NCBI GenBank assembly: GCA_964016885.1
Contig: OZ024740.1
Coordinates: forward strand, 418,190,001 to 418,254,000
Direction: 5' to 3'
DNA length: 64,000 nt
From: Eledone cirrhosa
Lineage: Eukaryota
The notes below the pieces were generated by a model. The model had not been told where the DNA came from and did no database searches. It saw nothing but the letters and a program-made list of their open reading frames with translations. How positions within the stretch are numbered: the stretch's first letter is position 1; each line of letters opens with the position of its first letter. This document shows, piece after piece, positions 26,295 to 45,017 of the stretch. The position numbers and the translations under genes were made by a program.

Positions 26295-27671
26295 TTGTCC
26301 ATCATCCATATCACAATGGAAAAACAATATTTGGGAACCTCTTTAAAAAACATACCAATACCTTCTAAGGATGACTTCTTACTCCTTATGATTCAAAAAA
26401 CTAATAATTTTATCAGAAGGGTTAGATGGAGAGCCTACCACTTCGATAGAAAATCTAAACAAGCAGATCGGAAATATATGTATGATTTCAATACTTACAA
26501 GAATCCACCACACAACTTTTTACTTGAAGACTTCGAGAAAGACCTTTTTAATTTAATTAAACACCTCAAATTTAAAAAGTATAAATCCGTCTTTCAAAAG
26601 GACCTTGATTCTACCCTATTGGACCTAAAAAAGTCTAAAAAAATCCATGTCGACTCGGACAAAACTGGTAACTTGTATCATATGGATATTGAACATTATA
26701 ATGAGTTCATATATAAAGAACTCAGAAAAAATTATAAAAAATCTAATAATGCGTCACTCACCAACATCAACAACAAAACACACAACATAGTAAAAAAACT
26801 AAACATTGAAGATAGAACTGAACCTTTGGCATTGAAAAGACCACACTTCAACCTGAAGGATCATAAATCAAACTTTAACTCAAATCCTTCTATTAGACTT
26901 ATATGTCCCTCCAAATCAGATATTGGAATAATTAGCAAAAAAATTTTGGATAGAGTCATCCCACAAATAAGAAAACACGTTATTTTACCACTCTGGGAAA
27001 ACACCTCCCAGGTAATTAACTGGTTTAAAAATATTAGATGTAAATCTTCTGCTTCATTTCTACAATTTGATATAGATAATTACTATTCTTCTATATCACC
27101 TATACTCCTGAACAAAGCATTGATATTTGCTAAAAATAGATCTAACTTAACTTTGGATGACATTAATATTATTACACATGCTAGACTAACACTTATTGAA
27201 TTTCAGAATGAATACTGGACCAGAAACACATATAGTAATCTATTTGATATTACTATGGGTTCAAGCGATTCCGCCCAAATTACTGATCTTGTGGGCCTCT
27301 TTCTCCTTTTCAACATAAATGCCTCCTTTCCCCACCTCAAAGGTGGTTTATATCGTGATGACTGTCTTCTTCTTTCTAACAACCTTAGCCTTTCAGAAAT
27401 TGAAAAAAACAAAAAACATATTAGAACTTTCCTTAAAGACTATTATAATCTTAATATTACTTTTGAAAAAACAAGTAAAGTAGTAAATTTCCTAGATATA
27501 ACTTTAGATTTAGCTACGGGTATCTACCAACCTTACCATAAACCAAACCAAAACTTACATTACATACACTCACAATCTAATCACCCTAAATCTATCCTTA
27601 AAAACCTTGCATATAATATATCACTTAGAATTTCTAACCTTTCTTCTAACCAAATAAAAAATAAAAATTAA
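26295..27671 (+). CDS. Penelope-like (Naiad-type) reverse transcriptase, C-terminally truncated
   Basis: SLKNIPIP N-terminus, [38 protein letters not shown] catalytic motif, [17 protein letters not shown]. Uninterrupted for 458 aa; likely start is M of MEKQY. Confidence 0.92.
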   Translation: MSIIHITMEKQYLGTSLKNIPIPSKDDFLLLMIQKTNNFIRRVRWRAYHFDRKSKQADRKYMYDFNTYKNPPHNFLLEDFEKDLFNLIKHLKFKKYKSVFQKDLDSTLLDLKKSKKIHVDSDKTGNLYHMDIEHYNEFIYKELRKNYKKSNNASLTNINNKTHNIVKKLNIEDRTEPLALKRPHFNLKDHKSNFNSNPSIRLICPSKSDIGIISKKILDRVIPQIRKHVILPLWENTSQVINWFKNIRCKSSASFLQFDIDNYYSSISPILLNKALIFAKNRSNLTLDDINIITHARLTLIEFQNEYWTRNTYSNLFDITMGSSDSAQITDLVGLFLLFNINASFPHLKGGLYRDDCLLLSNNLSLSEIEKNKKHIRTFLKDYYNLNITFEKTSKVVNFLDITLDLATGIYQPYHKPNQNLHYIHSQSNHPKSILKNLAYNISLRISNLSSNQIKNKN

Positions 27672-28249
27672 AAATTAAATTTTTATTTTTTATTTCTTAG
27701 TTTATAGATACATCTATAAATAAGCAGTCTGCCCAAACCGTTGAATACTGACCTCTCCCCCCCTCCCACCTAATTTCTGTATCTTGATCTAAATGTGTGT
27801 GGCAGTGTTTATGTGAGTGAATTAATATCCATGTGCTTATGATAATATTATATCCACATATATATATATGTGTGTGGGGATATGTGTGTGTGTGTATGTT
27901 CGTAATTATGTGTATGTTTATGCATATACGCGCGCGTGTGTGTGATTGTACGGATATGTGTGAGTATGAGAATATGTGTATACACTTATTTCATATTTAT
28001 GTGTCTATACGCATCTTATCTGTGCATTATAGACTTACAGAGACATTAACCTTGAAATTTTGTATTTGCATGCATCTTTTTGGCAAGCGTATGCATGTTG
28101 AGCATACATTTTTGTATAAATATGAGTACGGGGTAGTTACATGTATATACACACACCGAACTGCATAAAACCTTTTGTATTTTCATTGGTCAATTTTGTT
28201 CCCAAACGGACCTGAAATTTTGAATTGTTGTTATTATCAATAAATATAT

Positions 28250-28800
28250 TTCATTATTTCTGAAGACGGCGTATATATGTGTTGGTATGTATATTTAATC
28301 TTGATAGTTTGTATAATTTTGTATAATTTTATACATAGATCTGTTGAATATGCATGCCAATTCTAACACATATATATCCTAGAAACGATCGTTAAATAAT
28401 TGTTTCTACTTTAGGCACAAGGCCAGCAATTACCCAGTGCATTACTGGTACTTTATTTTATCGACCCCGTAAGGATGAAAGGCAAAGTCAACCTCGGCGG
28501 GATTTGAACTCAGATCGTAAAGGGACGTAACTATGCTGGAAAGCATGGCGCCCGACCCTCTACCGATACTGCCAATCCACCACCCTTACGATCGTTAAAT
28601 AATGAACTTTTTTTGTTTAATATAAGGAACTGTTTCATTGTTTTATTCATTATTTGTTTAATATTTTATCTTGACTCTGTATACCGTTTATCTTTCACCG
28701 AAAGTGATTTTTCATTACATCTCTTCTTTCCATGATATCCGGAATACATTGAGTTCTTCATACGGATTGGACACTACCGTAAACTCTTGGTAGATTTATC
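28250..28800 (+). mobile_element. PLE-like 3' end (family 4) with a long-stem-II hammerhead, interrupted by a SINE
   Basis: TTCATTATTT CTGAAGA ... GAAAC GATC GTT AAATAAT(GAA). Motif ACTC TGTAT...ATACA TT GAGT at 28674-28754. Second copy at 48777-49313. Confidence 0.75.
28401..28587 (-). mobile_element. full-length SINE with a ~16-bp target-site duplication
   Basis: Flanked by ACGATCGTTAAATAAT on both sides. The empty site is visible at 49234-49252. Confidence 0.93.
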
Positions 28801-28802
28801 TA

Positions 28803-31798
<2,996 letters not shown>

Positions 31799-31950
31799 GA
31801 AGTTCTATTTAAATATTTTTATAACTGATATGAAGCTCTCCACAAATTATTAGAGTAAAAATATGATATATTAACAAATAGAAACTATATTTATAATGAA
31901 ATAAATATGGTTTTATAAATTTAGTTTCCATTTATTAATATATCGTATTA
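31799..31950 (-). mobile_element. family 5 truncated copy with fold-back
   Basis: Aligns to 21730-21845. 31860-31896 is inverted at 31912-31949. Confidence 0.7.
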
Positions 31951-31974
31951 TATATATATATATATATATATATA

Positions 31975-32572
31975 CGAAGGACTATTTTTATCATATGTAA
32001 CCCATGTGCAACCACGCAGTATTCTTCTTTCTTCTCATGTTTTTATATATTTTTACCTCGGCTGCGTTTGTCTGTTTCTCTCCTACTGCTTCCCCGCTCT
32101 CTCTGTTTCTCTCACCTTCTTTCGCCCCGTCTGTCAGTTACACTTTCTCTCGACTGACTTCTTCCTCACACTTCCACTCACTCATTCTCTGTTTTTCCCG
32201 CTCTCACTTCCTCCCGTTTGGCTTGTAGTGGGTCTCTTCTTGCTTACATCTCACACACATCGGACGGTCTGTACCTCTCTCGCTCATGAAATCCACCCAG
32301 ATTATGCTGACCGGACAATCATGTTGCTTGTTTATTTTCCTATATTCGGTTTGCTTTCACCCTTCTATGTTGTTTACTTGGCCCCCTCGCTTTACGCGAA
32401 TTACTAGTCCCAATAACTTTTTTTAGTTATTGCTCGCACCAACCTGAGGTATCTGATTGTTAATGCGATGAAATACCAATGATGGTTGGAAAATCACTGA
32501 GGAAGTACTATTTTTATCATATGTAACCCATGTGCAACCACGCAGTATTCTTCTTTCTTCTCATGTTTTATA
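31975..32572 (+). mobile_element. ~600-bp element with ~70-bp terminal direct repeats, between (TA)n tracts
   Basis: ACTATTTTTATCATATGTAACCCATGTGCAACCACGCAGTATTCTT... at 31981 and 32507. Confidence 0.7.
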
Positions 32573-34935
<2,363 letters not shown>

Positions 34936-37363
34936 GCGAAAATGTCCTGGACCTCTATTTTACAAACAACGAAGTGCTCATCCACAATGTAAAGGTGACA
35001 CCAACAATTCTCTCGATCATAACTTGGTAGAGCTAATGATATGTGGTCCAAGAGAACCAACAGAGACAAAACCACCAAGAAGCTCCGGGACGCTATCCAG
35101 CCTTAACTTCTACGGGGCTGACTGGAAGAAGATTAAGAGTGAAATCAGGAAGCAAACATGGAGTGCAAACATCGCCACACAAGACACTAACACACAATTT
35201 CAACACTTCATGACAACGATACACACCATATGCAAAAAGTGTGTCCCGGAGAAAGAGGCAAACAGACACAAAAATCTTATTCCCAGAGATAGGAAATTCC
35301 TTATGAGACGTAGAACTAAACTCTCAAACCAGTTGAATAGTCAACAAAACCAAAACAAGAAGGAATCCTATTTGAAACGTGCACTACTTGACACCGAGAT
35401 TGCACTCAAGCTTTCACATGAGAATGAGAGGGCAAGGAAAGAGAACAGGGCCATAGAAAACATTAAAACAAACCCTAAGGCCTTCTTTAAATTTGCAAAA
35501 GAAACTGCCTCAGTACACGGACGGTTCATTAACCGAAAATCCCCAAGAGATATGTGAAATACTGAACGAACAGTACAAAAGTGTCTTCACATGTCCACTG
35601 AGGCACATGCAAATAACGAAGCCAGAGGAGTTCTTTGATGCCACAACACTACATCAAGAAATGGCAACCATCAACCACATAGACATAACGGAGGAGGATG
35701 AGGTGTACGCCATTGATGAAATTAGAACAGACTCGGCTGCTGGACCTGATGGATTCCCAGCAGTTCTCCTAAAAATATGTAAGCGGGCCTTAGCAACTCC
35801 ACTGAAGATGCTCTTCAGAAGCTCTTGGCTAGCGGTGTACTACCCAGGGAGCTGAAAGAAGGCACAATATGCCCTATCCATAAAGGAGGTAGTAGAGCGG
35901 AGGCAAGAACTATAGGCCAGTCTCCCTGACGTCGCATATCAGTAAGGTCATGGAGCGAGTCGTCAGAAAGAAACTAATCACTTTCCTCGAAGAAAATGAC
36001 CGCCTGACTAGCACGCAACATGGCTTCCGCCCAGGAAGAAGCTGCCTTACACAGCTGCTACATCACTACGACTGGGTACTGAGACAACTACTAGACAGCT
36101 CACATGTGGACGTGATATATCTTGACTTTGCGAAGGCCTTTGACAAGGTCGAACACGGGATGATATGTCACAAACTACACGGACTCGGCATAACTGGAAA
36201 AGTAGGTGAGTGGCTGCATGGCTTCCTAAGGGACAGAAGCCAGGCAGTCGCAGCAAATGGGGCCCTCTCGAGCGAAACACCGATAACAAGTGGGGTGGCA
36301 TAGGGGACAGTCCTGGGACCACTACTGTTTTTGGTGGCTCTCTCGGACATGCCCTCTGTGGTGCATGCAACAACATCCCTCACTAGCTTTTCTGATGACA
36401 CTAAGGTAGCACAGGCAATCAAAAACCCGGCTGACGCTGCCCTTTTACAGCAGGATCTGGATGCCATATACAGATGGGCGGAAGAAAACAACATGCAGTT
36501 TAATGCTGGCAAATTCCAAGCCTTACAATACAAACCTGCAAACAAAAATTTAGTGGAACACAGCTACACAGGACCAGGAGGCACCGATATCCCCGTGTCA
36601 AAATCGATACGAGACCTGGGCATAGACATGAGCGATGATGCATCTTTTTCTTCACACATCATGAAGGTGGCGACAACATGCAGACGACTCGCTGGCTGGA
36701 TCTTGAGGACTTTCCGGACAAGAGATCGAGACACCATCTTGACACTGTGGAGGACTTTTGTCCTAAGCCGCCTGGACTACTGCTCCCAGTTGTGGTCACC
36801 CCATAGTGTCAAACTAACCACGGAGCTTGACGCAATCCAGCGAAGCTACACCAAGAGGATTGCCAAGATGAGGGAGACAAGCTACCGAGAGAGGCTAAAG
36901 GAACTGAACCTCTACTCCTTGGAGCGAAGACGGGAGAGATACGCAGTGATCTACATGTGGAAAATCCTGGAGGGACTAGCACCAAACTTTGGCATTGGGA
37001 GCTGGACCAACCGTCGAACAGGACGTCACTGTGTGGTGCCAAAGGTCCCGTCTTCCACATCTAGAATAAGCAGGTATTGCAATAGCCTGGGATTCAAGGG
37101 CCCTCAACTCTTCAACAGGCTGCCGAGGCATCTGAGAGACTTGCATGACGTGGAGGTGGATGTCTTTAAGAAACATCTCGACACCTTGTTATCCAGGATC
37201 CCGGATGAGCCCACAGCAAGACACGAGGGAAACCTAAGGGCAGCAGCAACAAACTCCCTCCTACACCAGTGGGCAACCTATACAAGCTGGAGATAAGCAA
37301 CAAGGGCGGTGCCCCAGCATGGCCTCAGCCGGATGGCTGAAACAGGTAAAAGAGTAAAAGAGT
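34936..37363 (+). mobile_element. 5'-truncated CR1-group LINE ORF2 (end of APE endonuclease plus RT), pseudogenised
   Basis: LDLYFTN...S-DH, NPKAFFKF, AAGPDG, QHGFRPGRSC, YLDFAKAFDKV, SGVA*GTVLGP (TAG at 36301), FSDDTK, RDLG, LDYCSQLWSP, LYSLERRR. Frameshifts near 35515 and 35820-35910. Tail (GTAAAAGA)n. Both ends lie in (TA)n. Confidence 0.93.
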
Positions 37364-38698
<1,335 letters not shown>

Positions 38699-38884
38699 AG
38701 TAATACAATAACAGAGATAGTTTAAAGCTAAACTCTGACTGGTAACCATCTCACTCAACAAAAATTAGGTTATATTAAAATATAAACCCAATTTAAGTGT
38801 TTGGGGTGCTGACAATATGTATAATGTGGAAAAACCAGTTTTATTATTTTATGAGATATAATTAAAGTTAAAGTATATCTCTCT

Positions 38885-39010
38885 TTCCAAACAATTGTTT
38901 CATTATAAGTTTTCTACAAGTTTGGGAGAATGTTTCCAGTTTATGTAGAAGCCTAATATATATTCATGTAAGAATATATTTAGGTGGGCACTTATAAATC
39001 ATCAGTGGAA
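38885..39010 (-). ncRNA. type I hammerhead with a branched stem II insertion
   Basis: Minus strand TTCCA CTGATGA T TTATAAG [~80 nt, two hairpins] CTTATAA T GAAAC AATT GTT TGGAA. A 3' motif variant lies at 38753-38807. Confidence 0.75.
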
Positions 39011-39185
39011 GCCCATTAAACATTGAAATAAGAAAACAATTTCTTACCGCTGTCAAAAATCATGTCCGTAAAGTTGCTCTCTCTCACCTCGAATGACCGC
39101 CAAATTTGAAATTCCAGCAGTTTTTGACTGAGGAAGTATCATAGCGACACGAAGCGGGAAGGGGAGACAATCCACGATCCAACGA

Positions 39186-39769
<584 letters not shown>

Positions 39770-40852
39770 GTATTAGTTATACTATTTATGGTTATGTAAA
39801 CACAAAACCTTAAGCAGTTGTAAGTATTTTACACACACCCTAAATAGTGGTAGGCAGTAATGTATTACTACCTTATTACCAGTAAGTTAAGTAGCTCAAT
39901 GTAAAAACATCAGATGATTTACAGAGCAGTTATATGAAATATAAGAATCAAAGAACTGTTCAAAACATTATTGTGCTTACAGCTGTTTCCTCCAAACCGA
40001 GGTTTGGATTCTTTGGAGCAATTTATTAATGCATGGACAGTTATATGACCTCCTTTTCAGCCGAGAGACATACCAATACATATTCAAACATTGATACATA
40101 TTCAAACATTGTGGGTCAACATTCATTACAGAATTTAGAGTGGCAGTACACACTTCGAGATTACATTTATATTAATAGGTACAATCAAAAATCAAAGATA
40201 TAGGTTAAAGTACAACATGAAGATAAGTGGTTATATAGTGCAAATGTTATATGTGTGGCACGCATGTGCGTCTTGTTTATATAGTGTGCAGAGAGATATG
40301 TGTGGTAGAGGCACTTAGGTAGGTAAATAAGAGTGTTAGGTTGGTAGATCTGGTGGCAAAGTCTTTATATGATTGATGTAGTCTGTGTGTGGAGAAATAT
40401 TATAAGCATATTATAAGACTACATCAATCATATAAAGACTTTGCCACCAGATCTACCAACCTAACACTCTTATTTACCTACCTAAGTGCCTCTACCACAC
40501 ATATCTCTCTGCCACACTATATAAACAAGACGCACATGCGTGCCACACATATAACATTTGCACTATATAACCACTTATCTTCATGTTGTACTTTAACCTA
40601 TATCTTTGATTTTTGATTGTACCTATTAATATAAATGTAATCTCGAAGTGTGTACTGCCACTCTAAATTCTGTAATGAATGTTGACCCACAATGTTTGAA
40701 TATGTATTGGTATGTCTCTCGGCTGAAAAGGAGGTCATATAACTGTCCATGCATTAATAAATTGCTCCGAAGAATCCAAACCTCGGTTTGGAGGAAACAG
40801 CTGTAAGCACAATAATGTTTTGAACAGTTCTTTGATTCTTATATTTCATATA
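39770..40852 (-). mobile_element. PLE-like 3' fragment with a ~440-bp inverted duplication
   Basis: Arms 39931-40384 and 40416-40852 with a ~30-nt spacer. Hammerhead TGCT CCGAAGA A TCCAAACC TC GGTTTGGA G GAAAC AGCT GTA AGCA at 40763-40809. 3' motif GCTC TGTAAA..TTTACA TT GAGC on the minus strand at 39894-39927. Confidence 0.8.
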
Positions 40853-40858
40853 TTTCAT

Positions 40859-40902
<44 letters not shown>

Positions 40903-40920
40903 TATATATAAATATATATA

Positions 40921-41875
40921 CTAGACATGAAAAATGCGCAAGCTCAAAAGTGCCACAGAATGTTATAATAAACCTTCAAAAGTGTGGGACTAGAGTTGTT
41001 GCTAAAAAATATTGTAATCATTATATATCGTACATTCTGTGGTATCCTTTATAAAAATAGCTTAAACCAACGAAGCCTTTATTTTTACGCTATTTCACTT
41101 AGTTAATTCTTAGAGTGTAACATATAAAAATATGATTTACAACTATAAAATAAATTAATTAATATAATAACAGAGCTGCGGAGCTGACATTTAGGAAATA
41201 ATGGAGTATCGGATCCTGAGTTGGAGCCAGTCAATTTTTGGCCGACTCCGCAGCCCTGTATAATACATTTCATATTAAAGTTATTAATAAACCTATTTTA
41301 CACTGCATGCAAATTACCATGAGATATTGATATTAGATATAAGATACAGCGCAATATCTACAGCTGTAAAAGTATGAAAGCGAAGTAATAATAAGTGGCT
41401 TAAGGTAATTCCAATATGAAAGTTTGTAGTGATAAAAATTTGATAATGCAATACGATTGTTAATATTATAGTTCTATGAAAATGTAATAATAGATAACTA
41501 AATTATTTTACTATTAGTATATTTAAGAAATTATCATTATAGATTTGATCGTTCATATAAGCATCATATTAATTTTCAACACAATTATTTTGTTACTATG
41601 AGTATATGATAATAATATTACGTAATTATTTATAGCTGTTATTACATTAAACATAGATGTATTTATTTTTATATGTTACACTCTAAGAATTAACTAAGTG
41701 AAATAGCGTAAAAATAAAGGCTTCGTTGGTTTAAGCTATTTTTATAAAGGATGCCACAGAATGTACGATATATAATGATTACAATATTTTTTAGCAACAA
41801 CTCTAGTCCCACACTTTTGAAGGTTTATTATAACATTCTGTGGCACTTTTGAGCTTGCGCATTTTTCATGTCTAG
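40921..41875. repeat. ~210-bp inverted repeat pair with a ~530-bp spacer
   Basis: 40921-41132 is the near-perfect reverse complement of 41664-41875. Confidence 0.9.
41171..41258. mobile_element. tiny hAT-like MITE
   Basis: TIR CAGAGCTGCGGAG / CTCCGCAGCCCTG. 8-bp flanks TATAATAA / TATAATAC. Confidence 0.65.
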
Positions 41876-42432
41876 TTTAATATTTTTTTAAGGCAACGCT
41901 TGTAATAACTCTAGTTAAACAGGATATATATTAATAATAAATTATCGTTGTAATGTAATTAGATTATGTAATTGTTATTATAAATTATCTTATAAATATT
42001 AGTGTAAGATGTATAAAAATATTTTCAGACTTTTAATATAAACAACTACAAAAAACAATCAATATTAAATCAATATATTATACATAATAGAAAACATAAA
42101 ATAAACAATACAAAAACAAAATATTTACATACAATTGCAATTATCAGTGTATATACATTTTCTTTATATTCCCTGAGCAAATTAATAAGATTTGTTTTTA
42201 TTGTACATAATTTGATGACTTGTTGGAGTGTATTAAAAGATAGCAACAATTTGTGATTAAATTGTTATCTTAAGCAACTCACTTTTTAATAGTTGTTGGC
42301 CTGAGCGAAATTGTAAAAGCCTATGAGCAAATATAAAAAAAAATACACAAACAACATTTCCTTGTGTTATTACAACATTAGATAAAATAATTGAGCAATG
42401 TCGTTATATTTTGCTCCTATTGCACATTAATA

Positions 42433-42600
42433 GTGTTTCTATTTTTCGGCACAAATCCATTACGGCAGTCCATTACTGGTACTTTATTTTATCGAATTAG
42501 TAAGTATGAAAGTCGAAGTTAACCTCGGCAGGATTTGAACTTAGAATGCAAAGGACCATAACAATACTGCAAAGCATGGTGTCTGACGCTCTACCAATAC
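42433..42600 (-). mobile_element. diverged SINE copy (major family)
   Basis: GGTACTTTATTTTATCGA...GTTAACCTCGGCAGGATTTGAAC. Confidence 0.85.
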
Positions 42601-43074
42601 TTGTGTTGAGCTGGTCATTAATTTATGGTGGTCGTGCGTGGAGTAGAGCAATCGCTAGTTGAAATATTATGAACAAAACATTTTTATTTGCCGAAGAACA
42701 TATTTTCAATACTGTTTGTGAATGTGACGAAGGAAATACATTCTGATATGGAACAGTGTACAAAGTGTGTCTGTGAATAACATAATGTTACCTCATGTTG
42801 TTGTCAAGACATAATGGATTTCGTATATCCAGTTAGAAGATGAAACCTAGCCATCTCGGATTAGTTATATTTCATGCCATGTGTAAACGTGTTTGAGGAT
42901 AGCAAAATATGCGTGTTTCTTGTCTGGAAACTTTCTGCTAAACTGATTGGTTTCGTTTTTGGCACTATACAATACTCATCCAACAGATAGCTGTATTGGA
43001 TCCTTGATTGGTTAATATTTAGGTGAGGGTGCTTGATGCAGAGTTAGTGCAAAATGGATCAATGAGTGTAATAA

Positions 43075-43718
43075 TAATAATGATAATAATAATGAAAATA
43101 TTGTGTACAATGCTGAGGTGCACTACAACTCATCAAAAGTGCATATATAATACATAGGGTAATATAAAAACGTCATGAAAAAAGAACAGTGCATGAGTCA
43201 TGATATACACATATGTGCATGTGTATGGAAGGGGGACATCAGGTGTAGGTTTGGTGTATTTCGGAATGTATGATGGTTTTAAAGGATGCAGTGTGTCATC
43301 AGCTAACAACTGATGCAGGAAGTTTGTTCCATCCTTCAGCAACTCTGAGCATGAAGAAATATTTCCTAAAGTCATGGGAGCTGTGTTGTTTTCTGACTTT
43401 GTAGGCATGTCCACGTGTTAGACACATGGAGATCAAAAAGGTGTTCGGGCTTGTTGTTGGTCGGATGGTTAATAACTTTGTGGGTGTTTACCAAGTCCAT
43501 TGCCAGAGGGAAGCAAAATATTCAGGGTATGGTAGGTGTCTGATGGAGGGTATGCGCTTGGTTGCATGTCTCTGAACAGTTTCCAGTCAATGTTCTGAGC
43601 AAGATAGGGGTTCCAGACTGATGACGCGAACTCCAAGTGTATTCGTACCATAGATGTATACAGCTTTAAATAGATGGCTGGAGAGCAGCTAATGAAGGTC
43701 TTGCTGATTGATGCCAAG
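43075..43718 (-). mobile_element. CR1/L2-group LINE 3' fragment, degenerate
   Basis: LKLYTSMVRIHLEFASSVWNPYL. Downstream TRGHAYKV..RKYF..RVAEGWNKLPA on the minus strand, with an (ATT)n tail. Confidence 0.75.
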
Positions 43719-43929
43719 TCAATCTTAATAAATTGACTGATTTATCTGTTCACTACTGCTAATCCACCGCTGTTTGTACAATTTTTTAGATAATGTCAAT
43801 TTGAGCTTGAATCATTGGCGTAATGAAATTTGAAAAGATTATAAGCAAATCTTTTTTAAAATACACAGACAACATTTAACTGTATCGTTGCAACATTAGA
43901 TCTAATAATGGAGCAACATTTGTGCAGAA

Positions 43930-44394
43930 TTATTGTTTGTGCAATAAGATATTTGCAGATCTGTACTTGGTCTGCTCTTTAGCCAACTCGGTACGTTTAG
44001 AAGCTCTACGCTCGGCTTGCTTTTGAGATATAATAGCTGAATTTGCAGATCTATACTTGGCCTGCTTGTTTGCCAACTCATACCGTTTTGAACATCTATA
44101 CTTGGCCTGTTTTTGTGTTAATTTAGCAAAATTCACAGCTCTATAATCGGCCTGTTTTTGTCTCAACTTCTCCCGATTCCGCATCCGGTAAGCTGCTTTC
44201 ACATCCAATTTAATACGCCCATCTAGATTATTAGCACAGGAATGTGAACAAGCTTGTGGGACCGCATCATTGTAAGTATATGAACTGCCTGCAACATCAA
44301 GACCCAATTCACAAGTGCAGCGTTGCTCATTCACATCGGCAGTGGGGACACCAAAATCAGTGACAGGTCTCGATTCACTCGCGAGATACATCAC
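43930..44394 (-). other. short ORF with ~15-aa basic repeats (KQAKYR); possible transposon-derived remnant
   Basis: ORF track shows five repeats of ~45 nt. No catalytic motif is visible. Confidence 0.3.
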
Positions 44395-44420
44395 AGCTAC
44401 ACTATATATTTAAACATATA

Positions 44421-44482
44421 TACAGTGATACCTCGCTACTTGGCGGTTCAACTATCGCGGATTCACGATTTCGCGCATTTTT
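44421..44482 (+). mobile_element. pogo/Tigger-like terminal inverted repeat end
   Basis: TA-CAGTGATACCTCGCTACTTGGCGGTTCAACTATCGCGGATTCAC. No partner end found. Confidence 0.5.
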
Positions 44483-44560
44483 AGAATATATATATGAACA
44501 CCTAAAATTTTTCATTAAATCCATTAAAATATTAATAATAAACACAGTTCTAATCATACG

Positions 44561-44610
<50 letters not shown>

Positions 44611-44697
44611 AGTAATTAATACCGTATAAATGGTACAAAGACTGTTTATGTAAAATGTATTTCTCAACAGAGTATTGAATACTTAGGATAAATTCAA

Positions 44698-45017
<320 letters not shown>

